From Octopus vulgaris (Eukaryota), in the NCBI GenBank assembly GCA_951406725.2, contig OX597816.1, forward strand, positions 123,938,001 through 124,002,000: 64,000 nucleotides of DNA, given 5' to 3'. Made by a program: the position numbers and the translations under genes. The notes below the pieces were generated by a model, which had not been told where the DNA came from, searched no databases, and saw only the letters and a program-made list of their open reading frames with translations. Numbering within the stretch: the stretch's first letter is position 1; each line of letters starts with the position of its first letter. Shown here piece by piece: positions 25,196-37,931 of the stretch.

Positions 25196-25207
<12 letters not shown>
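25085..25207. repeat. ~54-bp-arm hairpin at the end of the hammerhead-bearing element
   Basis: aaaataggacaaggtagaaaatgct / agcattttctaccttgtcctatttt. Confidence 0.85.
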
Positions 25208-25226
<19 letters not shown>

Positions 25227-25230
<4 letters not shown>

Positions 25231-26416
25231 GTTGTCTCACATGAAATGTATTTTAATTATCTTGACTCCTTTTCTTTCTAGACAATACTATCATTCAAAA
25301 TTGCTACACACAGCTCTTATGACAATTTTGACAACTGAACAATATTGAGTGATTTTCTTGTATGAATACAATTTGGGTCACTCTGCCAATGAAACTCTAT
25401 GAAATATCAAGCGGGCTTTTGGTAACGATTCTGTTGACATTGGAACTGTTCAGAGATGGTTCCAAAGATTTTGTTCAGGAAATGAAAGCCTTAAAAGTGA
25501 ACCATGAGGGAGACCAAAATCAATGATTTGGCATGATGAATTGAATGCTTTGGTTAAATGAAATCCAAGAACAATGGTAAAAAAAATCAGATCAATGCTC
25601 CAGACATCTCCCATAACTCCTTGAAGTAAATTGGAAAAGTCAAAAAGATGGATAGGTTTGTTCCCCATCAACTTAATGAGATTCAAAGAAACCGATGCCT
25701 TACAGTGTGTTCCATGTTGATTTCTCGATTGGAAAGAGAACCATTTTTGTATCGACTCATTACGTGTGATGAGAAATGGATACTCTTCGATAACAGCAGG
25801 AGGATAGGACAGTGGTTAAATGCAGGAGAGTTACCAAAATACTACCCAAAACCATTGCACACTATAAAGCTGATGGACACTTTATGGTGGTCAACAAAGG
25901 GGGTTATTCATTACTCATTTTTGCAATAAGGAAAAACTGTAACAGCAACATCCTATTGTCAGGAAATTGTTTGTATGCATAGAAAATTAAAAAAGAAGTA
26001 ACCCTGATTAGTGAATAGAGATGGCCAAATTTTGCTTCATGATAATGCACAGCTTCACACTTTTCAAGCTATGGTCTACAAGTTGCAAAGCCTGAATTAT
26101 GAAATTTTGGCACATCTTCCTTATTCTCCTGATATCTCTCCTACTGATTATTACATATTTAAATCCTTCAAGCTTGCTATATGCAATAAAACATTCTTAA
26201 ATAAAGAAGAAGTAATTGAAGCATTTGAACAGTTTATCAGTGTAAAAGATGACAAGTTCTTTGAAGATGGAATATATGCCTTAGAGGAACGTTGGATGAA
26301 AGTCATAAACGAGCAAGGATCATAGTTTGATTATATAAATATAAATTCTAAAAATAAAAAAAAACAATTTTAATGCTTCCTTTTTCAAATGCAACATGTT
26401 ATATGAGACAACCTAA
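25227..26416 (+). mobile_element. Mariner DNA transposon, near full length, with TIRs, TA flanks and a disrupted transposase
   Basis: TIRs TTAGGTTGTCTCA / TGAGACAACCTAA flanked by TA; FVPHQL, ITCDEKW, LLHDNA and YSPDISPTDYY catalytic motifs; in-frame stops. Confidence 0.95.
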
Positions 26417-26419
26417 TAA

Positions 26420-26460
<41 letters not shown>

Positions 26461-26794
26461 TTCAATTAGGAGCAAATAATTCATGAGAAAATAACTAATT
26501 CACAAAAAAATAATTTGCGAAGATATCAATGACACTGTTATTATCTAGTGTAACAATTTAAAAATGATAATAACAGAATCAATAATGTAGGCGATTACAG
26601 GTCCCCAAAAGAGCCTTAAATTGCAGAAGGATCAAAATGAATCAAAGGAATACTAAGGATGTCTACCTTCTGGAAATAACAGTAAAAACTCCTATTTAAA
26701 TAGCCAAAATACACTGATAATAACTTCAGAAATCAACCATCTGAAGGCAAACAGGCTAAGACATTCTCCTAGCATACATTCAAGTATACCGAAT

Positions 26795-26847
26795 CACATG
26801 GACTGGTTTCTGCACTGGAATAATAGCCCAGCCTTCCTCAGCACGTG
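26795..26847 (-). ncRNA. Type I hammerhead ribozyme, intact core
   Basis: CACGTG-CTGAGGA-AG-GCTGG-GCTATTATT-CCAGT-GCA-GAAAC-CA-GTC-CATGTG; 6-bp stem I, GUC triplet. Confidence 0.75.
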
Positions 26848-27125
26848 TTACTATGATAGCGACTCCCAACCTGTCATGTTGAAGTCTGTGCTGCAACTGA
26901 TTCATTCTGCACCAAAATCATAGCAGCCACCAGTGAGAAAATAGTTTCAATATGGAGCAAATAATTCACAAGAATACAATGATTTACGAAAAAATAATTT
27001 CTCGTGAATTATTTGCTCTATATTGAAATTATTTTCACACTGGTGGCTGCCATTATTTCAATGCAAAACAAATCAGTTGCAGTGCAGACTTCAACATGAC
27101 AGGTTGGGGGTTGCTATGATGGTAA

Positions 27126-27178
27126 CGCATGCTGCGGAAGCTGAGGCTATTATGCCAGTCCAGAAACCTATCCACGTG
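27126..27178 (+). ncRNA. Degenerate hammerhead copy in the opposite arm (A6C)
   Basis: CGCATG-CTGCGGA..GAAAC-CT-ATC-CACGTG. Confidence 0.55.
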
Positions 27179-28636
27179 AGTCCATATACTTGAATGTATG
27201 CTGAGAGATTGTTTTAGCTGGTTTGCCTTCAGACGGTTGATTTCTGTTGTTATTATCAGTGTATTTTGGCTATTTAAATAAGAGTTTTGACTGTTATTTC
27301 CAGCAGGTAAACATACTTAGTATGTCCTTTGATTAATTTCATATATATATATATGCACGCATATATATAGACACATACACATACACACATGCACAGAGGC
27401 ACACACACACACATAAATGGATTTGGTTTAAGGGGATCCATTAAGGATGAAAGCATACCAAAATGAAGAATACTTCACATAATGGAAAGACAGAATGATG
27501 CAAATCAGTCACTTAAGTAAATAATCCTTTGTTAATGGCGCAAAATGCATCAAATTTATTTCACATTGCTCCTGTACACTCAACTGGCAAAAATGAGAAG
27601 TACCAGTAGTTCAATGGTCCTGCCTTGTCACATCTGGTGCATCATGCTGAATATTCTTGAGAACTACACTAAGGGTATGCATATCTTTGGAGTGTTCTGG
27701 CCACCAGCACATTAATTTCATGAGCAGGCTGTTGATCAAATCAAGTGGAACACTCATAGTTACAACTGACACAATGCCCAACCTAAAAAACATATCTATT
27801 CCAAAGATATCATTAAACTTATTGACATCACTCATAAAAACTAGCACTAACAGAACCAGCAGATAGCATTAACCAAGCATGACATTTCAAAACCTTGTTG
27901 AAGATCATAGCCAATATTGTTCCAAAGAAAACCCATTTGTTGTGTTATAATATTTAGAATATCAAAGGAGTGACATGGTTAATAAACTTAATTCTTCTTG
28001 ATTAAAGTTTTCCATCTAATTAATATGGAATTAATAGAATATTAGCCTTATGTAAGGGTAACCCAACTAATTATTATTCAGGGAAAAATAACCTAAGGAT
28101 AAAATGTAGAGAATAGTGAAGCTCAATGCAAAATTTCAGAGGAGAGGAAAGGAAAAGGAAAAAATATTTAATTTGTAAATATTGCCTTAATTACAGTGCA
28201 AACAACCATAACCTATAAATACTTAAAAAGAAACAGATTAGGATACATCCAATAGAGAAAGTGGACAGCACAGTTGACAGAAAGATGGTGTTGGCATAAA
28301 GAAACAAATAAATGTGTAAAAGGCAATAAAAAGTAACAACCCTTAAAATTATAAATTCATATCAGTTAAATATCAAAACATAGATAGATCAGTAACAAAG
28401 CTACTGTTACAAAGTTACTTATTGAAAGGCTAGAATTAGTAGAGAAGGTAAAAACAGAACTTATATTTCCAATAAAATCATAAAACCATGAAACCATGAA
28501 TCCCAATGTTTCTTTTAACCAAAACAGTGAAAATTATACAAGTTAAGTATTGTTGTGATGAGAGTTACAACACCCCCTTGCAAGAGATAGACTGGTCCAA
28601 GTAAAGCATAAATAGTAATGATCCGAGTGAATTGAG

Positions 28637-29320
28637 AGTTCAGAGTCGAGTGTTTTTGTTGTTGAGTAAGAAAGTTATATATTTCTTCATCTATTACTGT
28701 TCGATTGTTGATATTGTTAATTGTTGTTTTATTTTTCCCATTGATGGAAAAAATGGAGAAAGCACCAGCAGGTGGCCAGAGTTATGCAGCTGCAACTGGA
28801 AAAGGATCTGAAGAGAAAATGTTGGAGATAATTGAAATTAAGGTGGAACCAAGGAGAATGAAGGGATGTGAAAAGTTGCTGGAGAAGGATGGAGAGAAGT
28901 TGAAGTTGATGCCACCTGCAGAGCAGACAAACAGTATAACGAGATGGACAGTGACATTAAAAACAATGAAAATTGCAACAATAAGGATAGAGACTGCGAC
29001 AGTGGAGGAAATCGAAAAGGTTTTGAAAAGCGTTAAAAAATTAACAACTTGTATAACATGAGGAAGGAAGTATGCCAACATGGAGGCGCGCTTTGCGACA
29101 GAGGAAGAGGCAATAGAAAAATAGAGTGATTGTAAATAGTGTGTATAAATGTTCAAATGGTACTGCATGGGAATGGGACCCATGCAGATATTTCATTTTT
29201 TCCATTTTTATATAACAGTTATTCTCATTCATTTTATGTTTTATGTCCCCACTGTGGTGGTGTGTCTGTCCTTGTAGTGTCTCCCTCTGTGTTAGTGGCC
29301 ATGGTGCCAAAATAAAGAAA
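28637..29320 (+). mobile_element. Internally deleted LINE (Tx1/L1-like): 5' UTR, ORF1 N-terminus, then 3' end; a second 5' end starts at 29322
   Basis: ORF with SYAAA motif (GGQSYAAATGK) and ..ARFATEEEA; ends AATAAAGAAATC; agttc(a/g)gagtcgagtg occurs at both starts. Confidence 0.55.
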
Positions 29321-30046
29321 TCAGTTCGGAGTCGAGTGAAGTTTGTGATAGTTTGCAGTGAAGTTGGAAGGTGTTAGCTGGTTCGTTCATAAGGAATACT
29401 GATTGTTGTTTCTTAAAGAGATTTGTTTGACTGTTACATTGTTTTTACTGTTGTCTGGTTATCTTATTTATTGTATGTAGCATATCACATTACAACAAGT
29501 ATTTAGGTCAGATCACTACTATAATAATTCAAAATTGTGGTGGGCACTAAGAAATTGTAAAGAGAATAAATTTTTATAATTGTTAAAGAAGTTATAAGAT
29601 TATAATGAATTATAAAGAAATTTAAAGGCCATAACTTGGGAGGATGAAGCAAATGCTCTGAAGGTATGTTAAAAGGTCAGAGGCAAGTTGAATAAAGTTA
29701 TTAAATTCTAAATTATATAAAATATATAAATCATATAAAATAACAGTAATCAGTATCTGTTGTTAGAACAAGGGATATGCTTAAATCTGATCAGTTATTA
29801 GTATTAACAGTATTAAGATATGATAGACTACTTAAATATGATCCCTGGTTCTTAATACTAGTGATTAAAGAGTTATAGATATGTATCTACCACTCAGGTA
29901 GATACATATAAATTATAAAGTTCTATGGACAGAATGTGGTCATTTGATCCTTAATTCAACTGTTCTATTAATAACATCACCAGTGCATTTTTATGGTTTC
30001 CAGCAATTCCAAATTGCAGCGATTGCCACCATATCAACCACTAGCA

Positions 30047-30247
30047 CAGTGCTTTTCAAACTTTTTGCTGGAGCGGAACCCCAAGGAAACATTCCACTGG
30101 CTCGAGGAACCCCTGTGCAATAATTTAATAGTCTTATGCACACATATCTGCACAGAAGAATTAAAAATTACTGCCGATTTTAGCAATTTTGAAACTTCTT
30201 GCGGAACCCCTGGACAGTACTGGCGGAACCCTGGTTGAAAACCACTG
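30047..30247. mobile_element. hAT (Charlie-like) MITE with 8-bp TSD
   Basis: TIRs CAGTGCTTTTCAA / TTGAAAACCACTG; perfect TSD CACTAGCA at 30039-30046 and 30248-30255. Confidence 0.93.
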
Positions 30248-30979
30248 CACTAGCATAAGGCTTAGCATGCCTAGCAATACTCCGCATTAGATGAAAATCG
30301 ATATTTTTCTCCTTTCTCTCCCAGACCTTCGGGAAGAGCAATGTTGTTTTTGCTTCATCTCTCCTTCTAAATGTATGAAATAGAAGTGGAACTGTAAGTG
30401 GAAGTATGTAGACTACTTTTAACATTTATATGTAATGTTTTTGGTTAGGCATTTATTTCCTAGTGGGCATTCAAATTTCTTAAACTTACATAATCTAGTT
30501 AATGTCAAGATGGGAATATTATGGATTACATGACTCATGCCATCATGTGATACACAGTGGTAATCAGTAGAGCTGCTTTGTGCATTAGCCACCCCATCAA
30601 CACTTATGTTACCATAATTCATATTTCTGCTATTATAAACGAAAATCAGTCTCACAAGAATTCCAAAATGATTACTATCATTATCATTATTACTACTATT
30701 ACAGTTGTTATTGTCATATTTATTACCGTAACTATTCACACCAGTGCATCTAGTATTATTATTATTGTTGCTGCTGTTATTACTATTATATGAATTGTTA
30801 TTCCTATGATGATTATTCCTTATTCTGATTCTATAGTTAATATCAGTGTTAACACAACCACCTACATTAACCATTACTTCATTGTCCAATATATGTTTCA
30901 TAATTTAAGAGTGTAAGGTATAATATGAAGGAAATTTGGCTGCTATTTATAACAAATCAAGTGATTGCGTACAAAACGG

Positions 30980-31014
30980 ATTTAACGTTTCGAGCAGAGC
31001 TCTTCGTCAGAAAC
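30980..31014 (-). ncRNA. Minimal type I hammerhead ribozyme with palindromic stem III
   Basis: GTTT-CTGACGA-A-GAGC-TCT-GCTC-GAAAC-GTT-AAAT; the AACGTT palindrome is typical of Penelope minimal hammerheads. Confidence 0.8.
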
Positions 31015-32609
31015 ATAGAAAAAGGAAAGGTCCAAGGAAGGGAAGACGGAGAAAGAAAATCGCCAACAATACACACGCTGTCACATATATATTATTCTTT
31101 CAGAGAAGTAGTTGTGAGAGACGCTTGTGAGATTCAGTTATTTATGGAGAATGTTGTAGGTGACAAAGAAAAGTGCTGAGAGTGTTTCAGTTACATGCAT
31201 TGATATACTTACATAAGCTTCACTTTTGTAAGAATTAGCACAAAACTAAATCATTATTCTGAGAACTCTCTTTCCATAATGATTATAGATGACATGAGTG
31301 AAAACATGAATTATTTTCATCTACTATGTTGTTGTTGTTGTTGCTGTTGTTGTTGTTGTTGTTGTTGTTGGTGGTGGTGGTGCAGTTGTTGCTTAACTTC
31401 TAGTCAATCTTCTTTTTTTTCTGTTACATCAGTATAATAATCCGATCTATAATTTCTTTTCAGTTTTCCTCATTTACATCCTAAATGGTAATAAAAACAA
31501 TGGCATCAATACTAGCTTTTCATTAAACATTTGTAACTGATTATTCCATTAAAACAAATCATTGCATTCTGTATTATAAATCCTCTAAATAATGCTCTCA
31601 TACTTTAAATTATCATTGATCTACACCTGCAATCAAAAATATTTCAGCTAATAGCATAATGCCATATTCTTTTAGAAAGGTTATGTGTCTGGAACTACAT
31701 TAGCCAATGTGTACTTCCTTTCTATAGAAATGAAAGCGTATGAAGTAAGTAGAATTTCTTGCTGTTTCTAGCAGGCCCAACAATCATATAATATTCCCTC
31801 ATTGGCTCATTTACATTTGTTATTTTTAGCAAATCTGTTTTGCTTATTAGGTTTTTTTTAATTATTTTACCTTTAATCAGTTTATTTTGGTGGAAAAAGC
31901 AAATTACTAAAGTATATACTGACTTCATCTGTTGTCTGGTTTAACACCACTACATGGCCCTTTGGTATCTATTGCATTCAGGTCATGTCTCTAGTTCAGA
32001 AAACTATTCACCCTCCCTCTTGCCAAACTTGAAGGATTTGAAAACGATATTGGGTACTTCCCGACTGTAGTAGCATCCAAGTTTAACTTACAAAAACTTT
32101 ATATGTAATACTGTTATTTAACATATTTTATCTAAGATAAAAAAAAGCAGGGAAGTCTGCAGCATTTTTTTTTTTTTTTAAGTTAATACTCTAAACCAAT
32201 GATTTTCAACCAGTTTTGATTTTCAGTATACTAAATAAGTCACAATTTCAGCTTTTTGAAAATGTATGCTAGAATTGTTTTAAAATATAGATGCATACAT
32301 TGTTTTTTACTACATAGGAATACATATGTATTGTGACATATGTATTCCTATGTAGTAATTTTCTTACTATTCTGGCATTTTCTAATTTGCCTCAGAAATC
32401 TTGTAACATACTTGTGGATCACTGGCTTAACTCCTATGAGACTATTTAGTGATTCAAACATCATTATAAATTTTACTTGTCTTTGGCATCCTTTCCATGC
32501 TCTCCTAAGCATGGGAAAGAGATCACTGAGTGAGAGTAATAAGATTAACATTATATCTATCATGTTAAATGCTAGTAAACCACACAAACACACACACATA
32601 CAAGGCCAA

Positions 32610-32900
32610 AATTAGGAGGCACATGTAAATGATATGGTCTAAGTGACATATTGGCAGGCTTTGAAGCCTTGAGGCAGTTGACTTTTTGATCATATAACCA
32701 ACACTAGAAAGGTGTCTTTCAGTCATTGCCATGTCAGACCAGTACCATATTCTTGAAGGCAATCCTTCCTCATAGCAGTGAACTTCCCTAAAAACAGTAA
32801 TGTCAACATTCAGCTTTAAAAGTTTATGCAAAATGAGAGTGGTGCCTTCTTCTGGTTGAACATTATTTTCTTCATGGTTTTGGTTTTCCAGCATGTGGGG
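32610..32900 (-). mobile_element. RTE/BovB-like AP endonuclease fragment
   Basis: PEEGTTLILHKLLKLNVDITVFREVH..EEG..HLSSVGYMIKK resembles the RTE PERRTAL..DIAALSET..GVGF motifs. Confidence 0.7.
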
Positions 32901-34636
32901 CTTTGTTACTGTATGCCTTGTAAAGTGGGTGTTCTTATTCTTTGTTGTTCAACCATATTTGAGGATGCTTATTGACTCTTGGTAGCCAGACTTGTGGAAA
33001 TGGAAATGAGCTTTGGTTAGGCTTGTCTGCATGTAGAGCTAACAGAAGTGTCCTTAGAGAAGGCTGCTTGGTTGTTGATGACCCTGTTGAATAATGGTGT
33101 TGTCATCTGGTATCTATATCAGACAACCTATATATCGGGACCACCTACATACAAGTTCAGAACAGTCGTTTTCATCCTTCTACTCTCACTTCAATTGATA
33201 AATGAATAGGAAGGCTGGTTGTTGGTGAGCTTGTGTCCTTTGGCCTATGTGACCAAAATGTTTTAGGAAGAAGGAAAGAAGACTGTGTGTAGGTCTAGCC
33301 CCATCCTTTGATACTAGGGTTCATCCATAAGTTCAACAAAAGGGAAATACAAAATGGCCATAAATCTCTCATGTAATATAAATTCTAAATAATGTAATGT
33401 CTTATATAAAAGCATTTAAAAGAGATTCTATCTAAACAATGATTTTTTTTCTTTTTTGGTAGACACTATATAGACAAGACAGATATTTAAGTAGGAACGC
33501 TGAGAAAATTATTCAAGTAAGCTATGGCATCTAAATGAAAAAAAAAATACTAAAGCATACTTCCTTATGATATATGAATAAAACACAGCCAACATTTAGT
33601 CACTTCATACCTGCAAATATTCACCTGACTGTCACTGTGTACTGCTATGCATAAAAACCTATTGCAGATTTCACATAATCTCATAAATGTAATTGAACTT
33701 TTGTATTAATTTCTTATTGGATATTGGATGTCCACCTGTGTACATAAGTGTATTAAGTATATTAAATTACCAAATGACTGAATACTCTCTATCAGAGCAC
33801 TTCAATTATCCAATGTTACCTGCAACTTCTTTCTACATAGGAAACTATTTAATGAATACTGCTGTAGAAATTATCACTTTAATAATTTAGTAGAATAAAA
33901 TTATAATCTTTCATATCATATATTGAGATACACTAATGAAATGGAAACTGTTTAATATTCATATTGGATTTGAGAAACAGCAGAATTTCCTATTTGTTAC
34001 TGTTAACAAAGGACAACTATGCTGGTAAACCCAGCATGGGATCCTCCCAAGAATATTCTGGTTCCTGCTTTTCTTTGATGTCCCCAGGATAGTAGTAGAT
34101 GGATTCGAATACATGGTCACTAGCTATCTTTGCAGATCACTGGATTTGCCACACAGTTTGTTATAATTTACCTGAAGATCCTGTGTTGAAACTCAGATGT
34201 AGAAGGTTAAACTCAAAGTAGCAAGAGACTGATTGGACCCAAATAAAATATATTACATGTATACCACCACCACCACCACCGCTGCCGCCACCATCAACAT
34301 TGTCGTTGTATTTGTTGTATTAATATCCACTTTTCCTCTCTTGCATGGGTCGGATGGAATTAGCTGAGGCAGGTTTTCTATGTCTGGATGCCCTTCCTTT
34401 TGTCAGCCCTCACCCGCCTCCAAATAAAGTGACATTTTTCCCCCCATTGCTAGACATGTTTCCACAAAATGAAGGACACTACATGCGTGTTGGTGGTACT
34501 CATTTATAACTATCATATGATGGATCAGTGAAGGAGACAGTAGCATACACACAAGTCAAGGAGGCAGTAACACAAATACATATATCCATACATACATATA
34601 TTCATACATATATAAATTCAACTCACAATAGACACA

Positions 34637-34850
34637 AGCATGTCTGTGTGATAAGAAGCTTGTTTCCCAACCACTTGGTTTCAGATTCAGTCCTATTGCA
34701 TGGCTCCTTGGGCAAGTGTCATCTACTATAGCCTTGGGCCGACCAAAGCCTTGTGAGTGGATTTGGTAGATGGAAACTGAAATAAGACTGTAGTATATGT
34801 GAGTGTGTATGCGTGTATCTGTGTCTTTGTGTCTGTGTTTGCCCCCCCTC
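34637..34850 (+). mobile_element. SINE family A, partial
   Basis: ccttgggcaagtgtc..gccttgtgagtggatttggtagatggaaactgaa. Confidence 0.85.
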
Positions 34851-35318
34851 CCATTACTGGAAATATACCCCAATTATGGATGACACCAGGTAGCCCAAAC
34901 CATGCCAGTTCTTTATTCAATACATCAGCCTATAGTTGGGGTGCTTCTTAGGGTAGTCTATCATTATGGGGCTGAGGGGAGGGTCATAGTACTACTAAAA
35001 ACAATGACACACACACACATGTGCATGCACACACACACACACATGTATACATACACACTCAGCACAGACCTATCACCAATTAAAGAGTCCTTTCTAGGAC
35101 TGGAATATCGCATTATGAAACCGAGAAACACCAACCATCATTAGCATCAAACCAAACAATGGAGGGACTTCTCAAATGAAATGAACAAAAAGCAAAAAAG
35201 ACCTTATACAAAACAGGATTTATTGTAAGGATATATGACATAGCAGAGCATAAATATCAAGGACCCCAGTATAAACCATAGTGAAATACTATGAGTGCTG
35301 TTGATCATCATATAATTG

Positions 35319-35675
35319 AACTTCCCAACCATGTGGTTCTGGGTTCAGTCCCACTGCATGACACTTTGGGCAAGTGTCTTCTACAATAGCCTTGGGCTGA
35401 CCGAAGTCTTGTGAGTGGATTTGGAAGATGGAAACTGACAGAAGACCTTGTGTATATGTGTGTGTGTGTGTCTTTGTGTCTGTGTTTGTCTCCCCATCAC
35501 CATTTGACAACTGGTGTTAGTGTGTTTACGTCTCCATAATTTAGTGGTTCAGCAAAGAATACTGATACTAGGCTTAAGGATTAAGCCCCGGGGGTCTATT
35601 TGTTAAACTAAAGCCCTTCAAGGCTGTGCTCCAGCATGGCTGCAGTGAAATGACTGAAACAAGTAAAAGAATAAA
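35319..35675 (+). mobile_element. SINE family A
   Basis: Same body, with the gtgctccagcatggc..tgactgaaacaagtaaaag tail. Confidence 0.85.
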
Positions 35676-36140
35676 AGGATACAGGAAAGACAAAGAAAGT
35701 ATGGTACCATCACTAGCAAATGCCACACCCACCCAAGCAAGGAAATTGACAGGACAGCATGGGCCCATATAAAATACTTAATAATACCAGCTCATTTTAT
35801 TCTCCACCTAATTGGCACCAGAACAGAAATCATGAACTGATAACATCTAAACAAAAACTTGCTCCCTTCTCCTCACAGCTTATGAAATCATTAATGCAGC
35901 ACCCTGCTGGCATCAACATGAAATCAAATGCTCAACACTCCAACCTCACAGTGCATATACAGTGAATTCAAAACAGAGATACGACCATTCTCTTTTACTT
36001 CTGCTCTTATATTATTGATTTCTACTCTCTCTCTCTCTTTTCCTCTTCCTATCCATACACACCCGTTTGTACAGATTTTAATACAAAGTAAAGCATTACA
36101 TACATCCACCCTTCCGCATTGTTTATATATGTGTGTGTGT

Positions 36141-36474
36141 GAAGGCACATGGCTCACTGGTTAGAGTGTCAAGCTTACGATTATGAGGTTGTGAGTTCGA
36201 TTCCCTGACCAGGCTGCATGTTGTGTTCTTGTGCAAGACACTTTATTTCACGTTACTCCAGCTAACTCAGCTGTAGAAATGAGTTGTGATATCAATGGTG
36301 CCAAGCTGTATTAGTCTTTGCCTTTCCTTTGGATAACATCAGTAGTGTAGAGAGGGGAGGCTGGTGTGCATGGGTGACTGCTGGCTTTCCATAAACAATC
36401 TTGCCTGGACTTGTACCTCGGAGGGTAACTTTCTAGGTGCAATCCCATGGTCAGTCATGACCGAAGGGGGTCTC
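36141..36474 (+). mobile_element. tRNA-derived SINE family D, full length
   Basis: A box TGGCTCACTGG, B box GAGTTCGATTCC. Confidence 0.85.
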
Positions 36475-36699
36475 CCATATGTATGTACGTATGTGTGTGT
36501 ATTATAAGTTATAATAGTCACAGGAACTGCCCATAGACTCCCCAAATCCTTCTGATTGGTGTAAATTAGTAAATATCCCTTAGCTAAACACTCAATACAC
36601 CCAGAACACTAATGCAACTTTTGCCTGATGAAATGAAAGAAAGTATTAATATTCCCCTTAAACTCCATGAATTTTGCAAATCCTATTTGTAATATCATT

Positions 36700-37080
36700 T
36701 AAATCCTTAAAAATGTTTTAGCCTGAAGGCCGCGGCCATGCTGGGACACCACTGCTGAATGAACTACACTAATATGTGAATCCACCTCTGATACGTGGCA
36801 CTTGATCAACAAGGGAGTTCGATGCTGTTGCCCGCATCTGCATCTCCTGTCACGAGGTAGGTTCATCTGGGACTCCCGACAAGAAGAGATCCAGTTTAGT
36901 TTTAAAGAAACCCACATCCACACCATGTAAGTCTCTCAGGCATTTAGGGATGATGTTAATGAGATGTGGTCCTCTGAAACCCAAGCTGTTGCAGTTTCTG
37001 GATCTGTATTTTGATGGTGATGTTGGAATCTTTGGCACCATGCAGTGGCGCCCCGTTCTGCGATTGGGGTAACTGTATGG
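36700..37080 (-). mobile_element. CR1/Jockey-like LINE 3' end
   Basis: RTGRHC..NSLGFRGP.L.N..PK.LR..FKTKLDLFLSGVPDEP. Confidence 0.8.
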
Positions 37081-37310
37081 AAAATACATGTAAATGTACA
37101 TAGTAATGCATTAAAAGATTTATGAATTTTCATCCAGAGCTCTTGTTATTACCATACTCATCTTACACTATACTGTCACCAGGCTAAGAAACTTCCCATA
37201 AATTTACTCTGGAAGATGGGAGCCATAAGCAGTGACTGGAATATATAGCATAGGAGCTTTTATGAGAGTACTCAAAAACGTTTTACATAAAAGGACTCAA
37301 AGGATATCTT

Positions 37311-37776
37311 TTTTATTCTTTTACTCTTTTACTTGTTTTAATCATTTGACTGTGGCCATGCTGGAGCACCGCCTTTAGTCGAGCAAATCAACCCCCAGGA
37401 CTTATTCTTTGTAAGCCTAGTACTTATTCTATCAGTCTCTTTTGCTGAACTGCTAAGTTACAGAGACGTAAACACACCAGCATCAGTTGTCAAGCGATGT
37501 TGGGGGGACAAGCTCAGACACACAAACACGAACAGACACACACACACACATACATACACACATACATACATACATACATACATACATACATACATACACA
37601 CACACATATATACAACAGGCTTCTTTCAGTTTTAGTCTACCAAATCCACTCACATGGCTTTGGTCAGCCTGAGGTTATAGTAGAAGACACTTGCCCAAGG
37701 TGGCACGCAGTAGGAATGAACCCGGAACGATGTGGTTAGTAACCAAGCTACTTACCACACTGCCAGTCTCACACCT
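37311..37776 (-). mobile_element. SINE family A, full length
   Basis: Reverse complement of 52519-52956. Confidence 0.9.
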
Positions 37777-37890
37777 AAAAGCAATATCATCCTTGGTGTG
37801 ATTTGAACTCAGAACATATCGAAGTACAGCAATGCATTTTGATCACAGCTCTACCAGTTCCAATAGATACACACACACACACATGTATAT

Positions 37891-37931
<41 letters not shown>

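Larger units (their letters stand above)
26459..27340. mobile_element. Long inverted-repeat element (arms about 26635-26975 and 27000-27340) plus a short direct copy at 26459-26520; Penelope pLTR-like
   Basis: atttaaatagccaaaatacactgataataac / gttattatcagtgtattttggctatttaaat; ggagcaaataattca also repeated directly; flanked by (TA)n. Confidence 0.8.

Noticed and set aside
24180-27553. The ~135-bp direct repeats as LTRs of one composite element
   Set aside because: No TG..CA ends, PBS, PPT or TSD; the interior consists of independent insertions.
27611-27847. Integrase zinc-finger-like peptide (LMKLMCWWPEHSKDM)
   Set aside because: Only a short motif, with no flanking HHCC or DDE support.
31728-31744. 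Plus-strand 17-nt microexon (CTATAG|..|GTAAGT)
   Set aside because: Isolated, not frame-preserving, no supporting neighbours; expected by chance in 64 kb.
34165-34205. CTGAAGA..GAAAC motif
   Set aside because: No stem II and no valid UH triplet in register.
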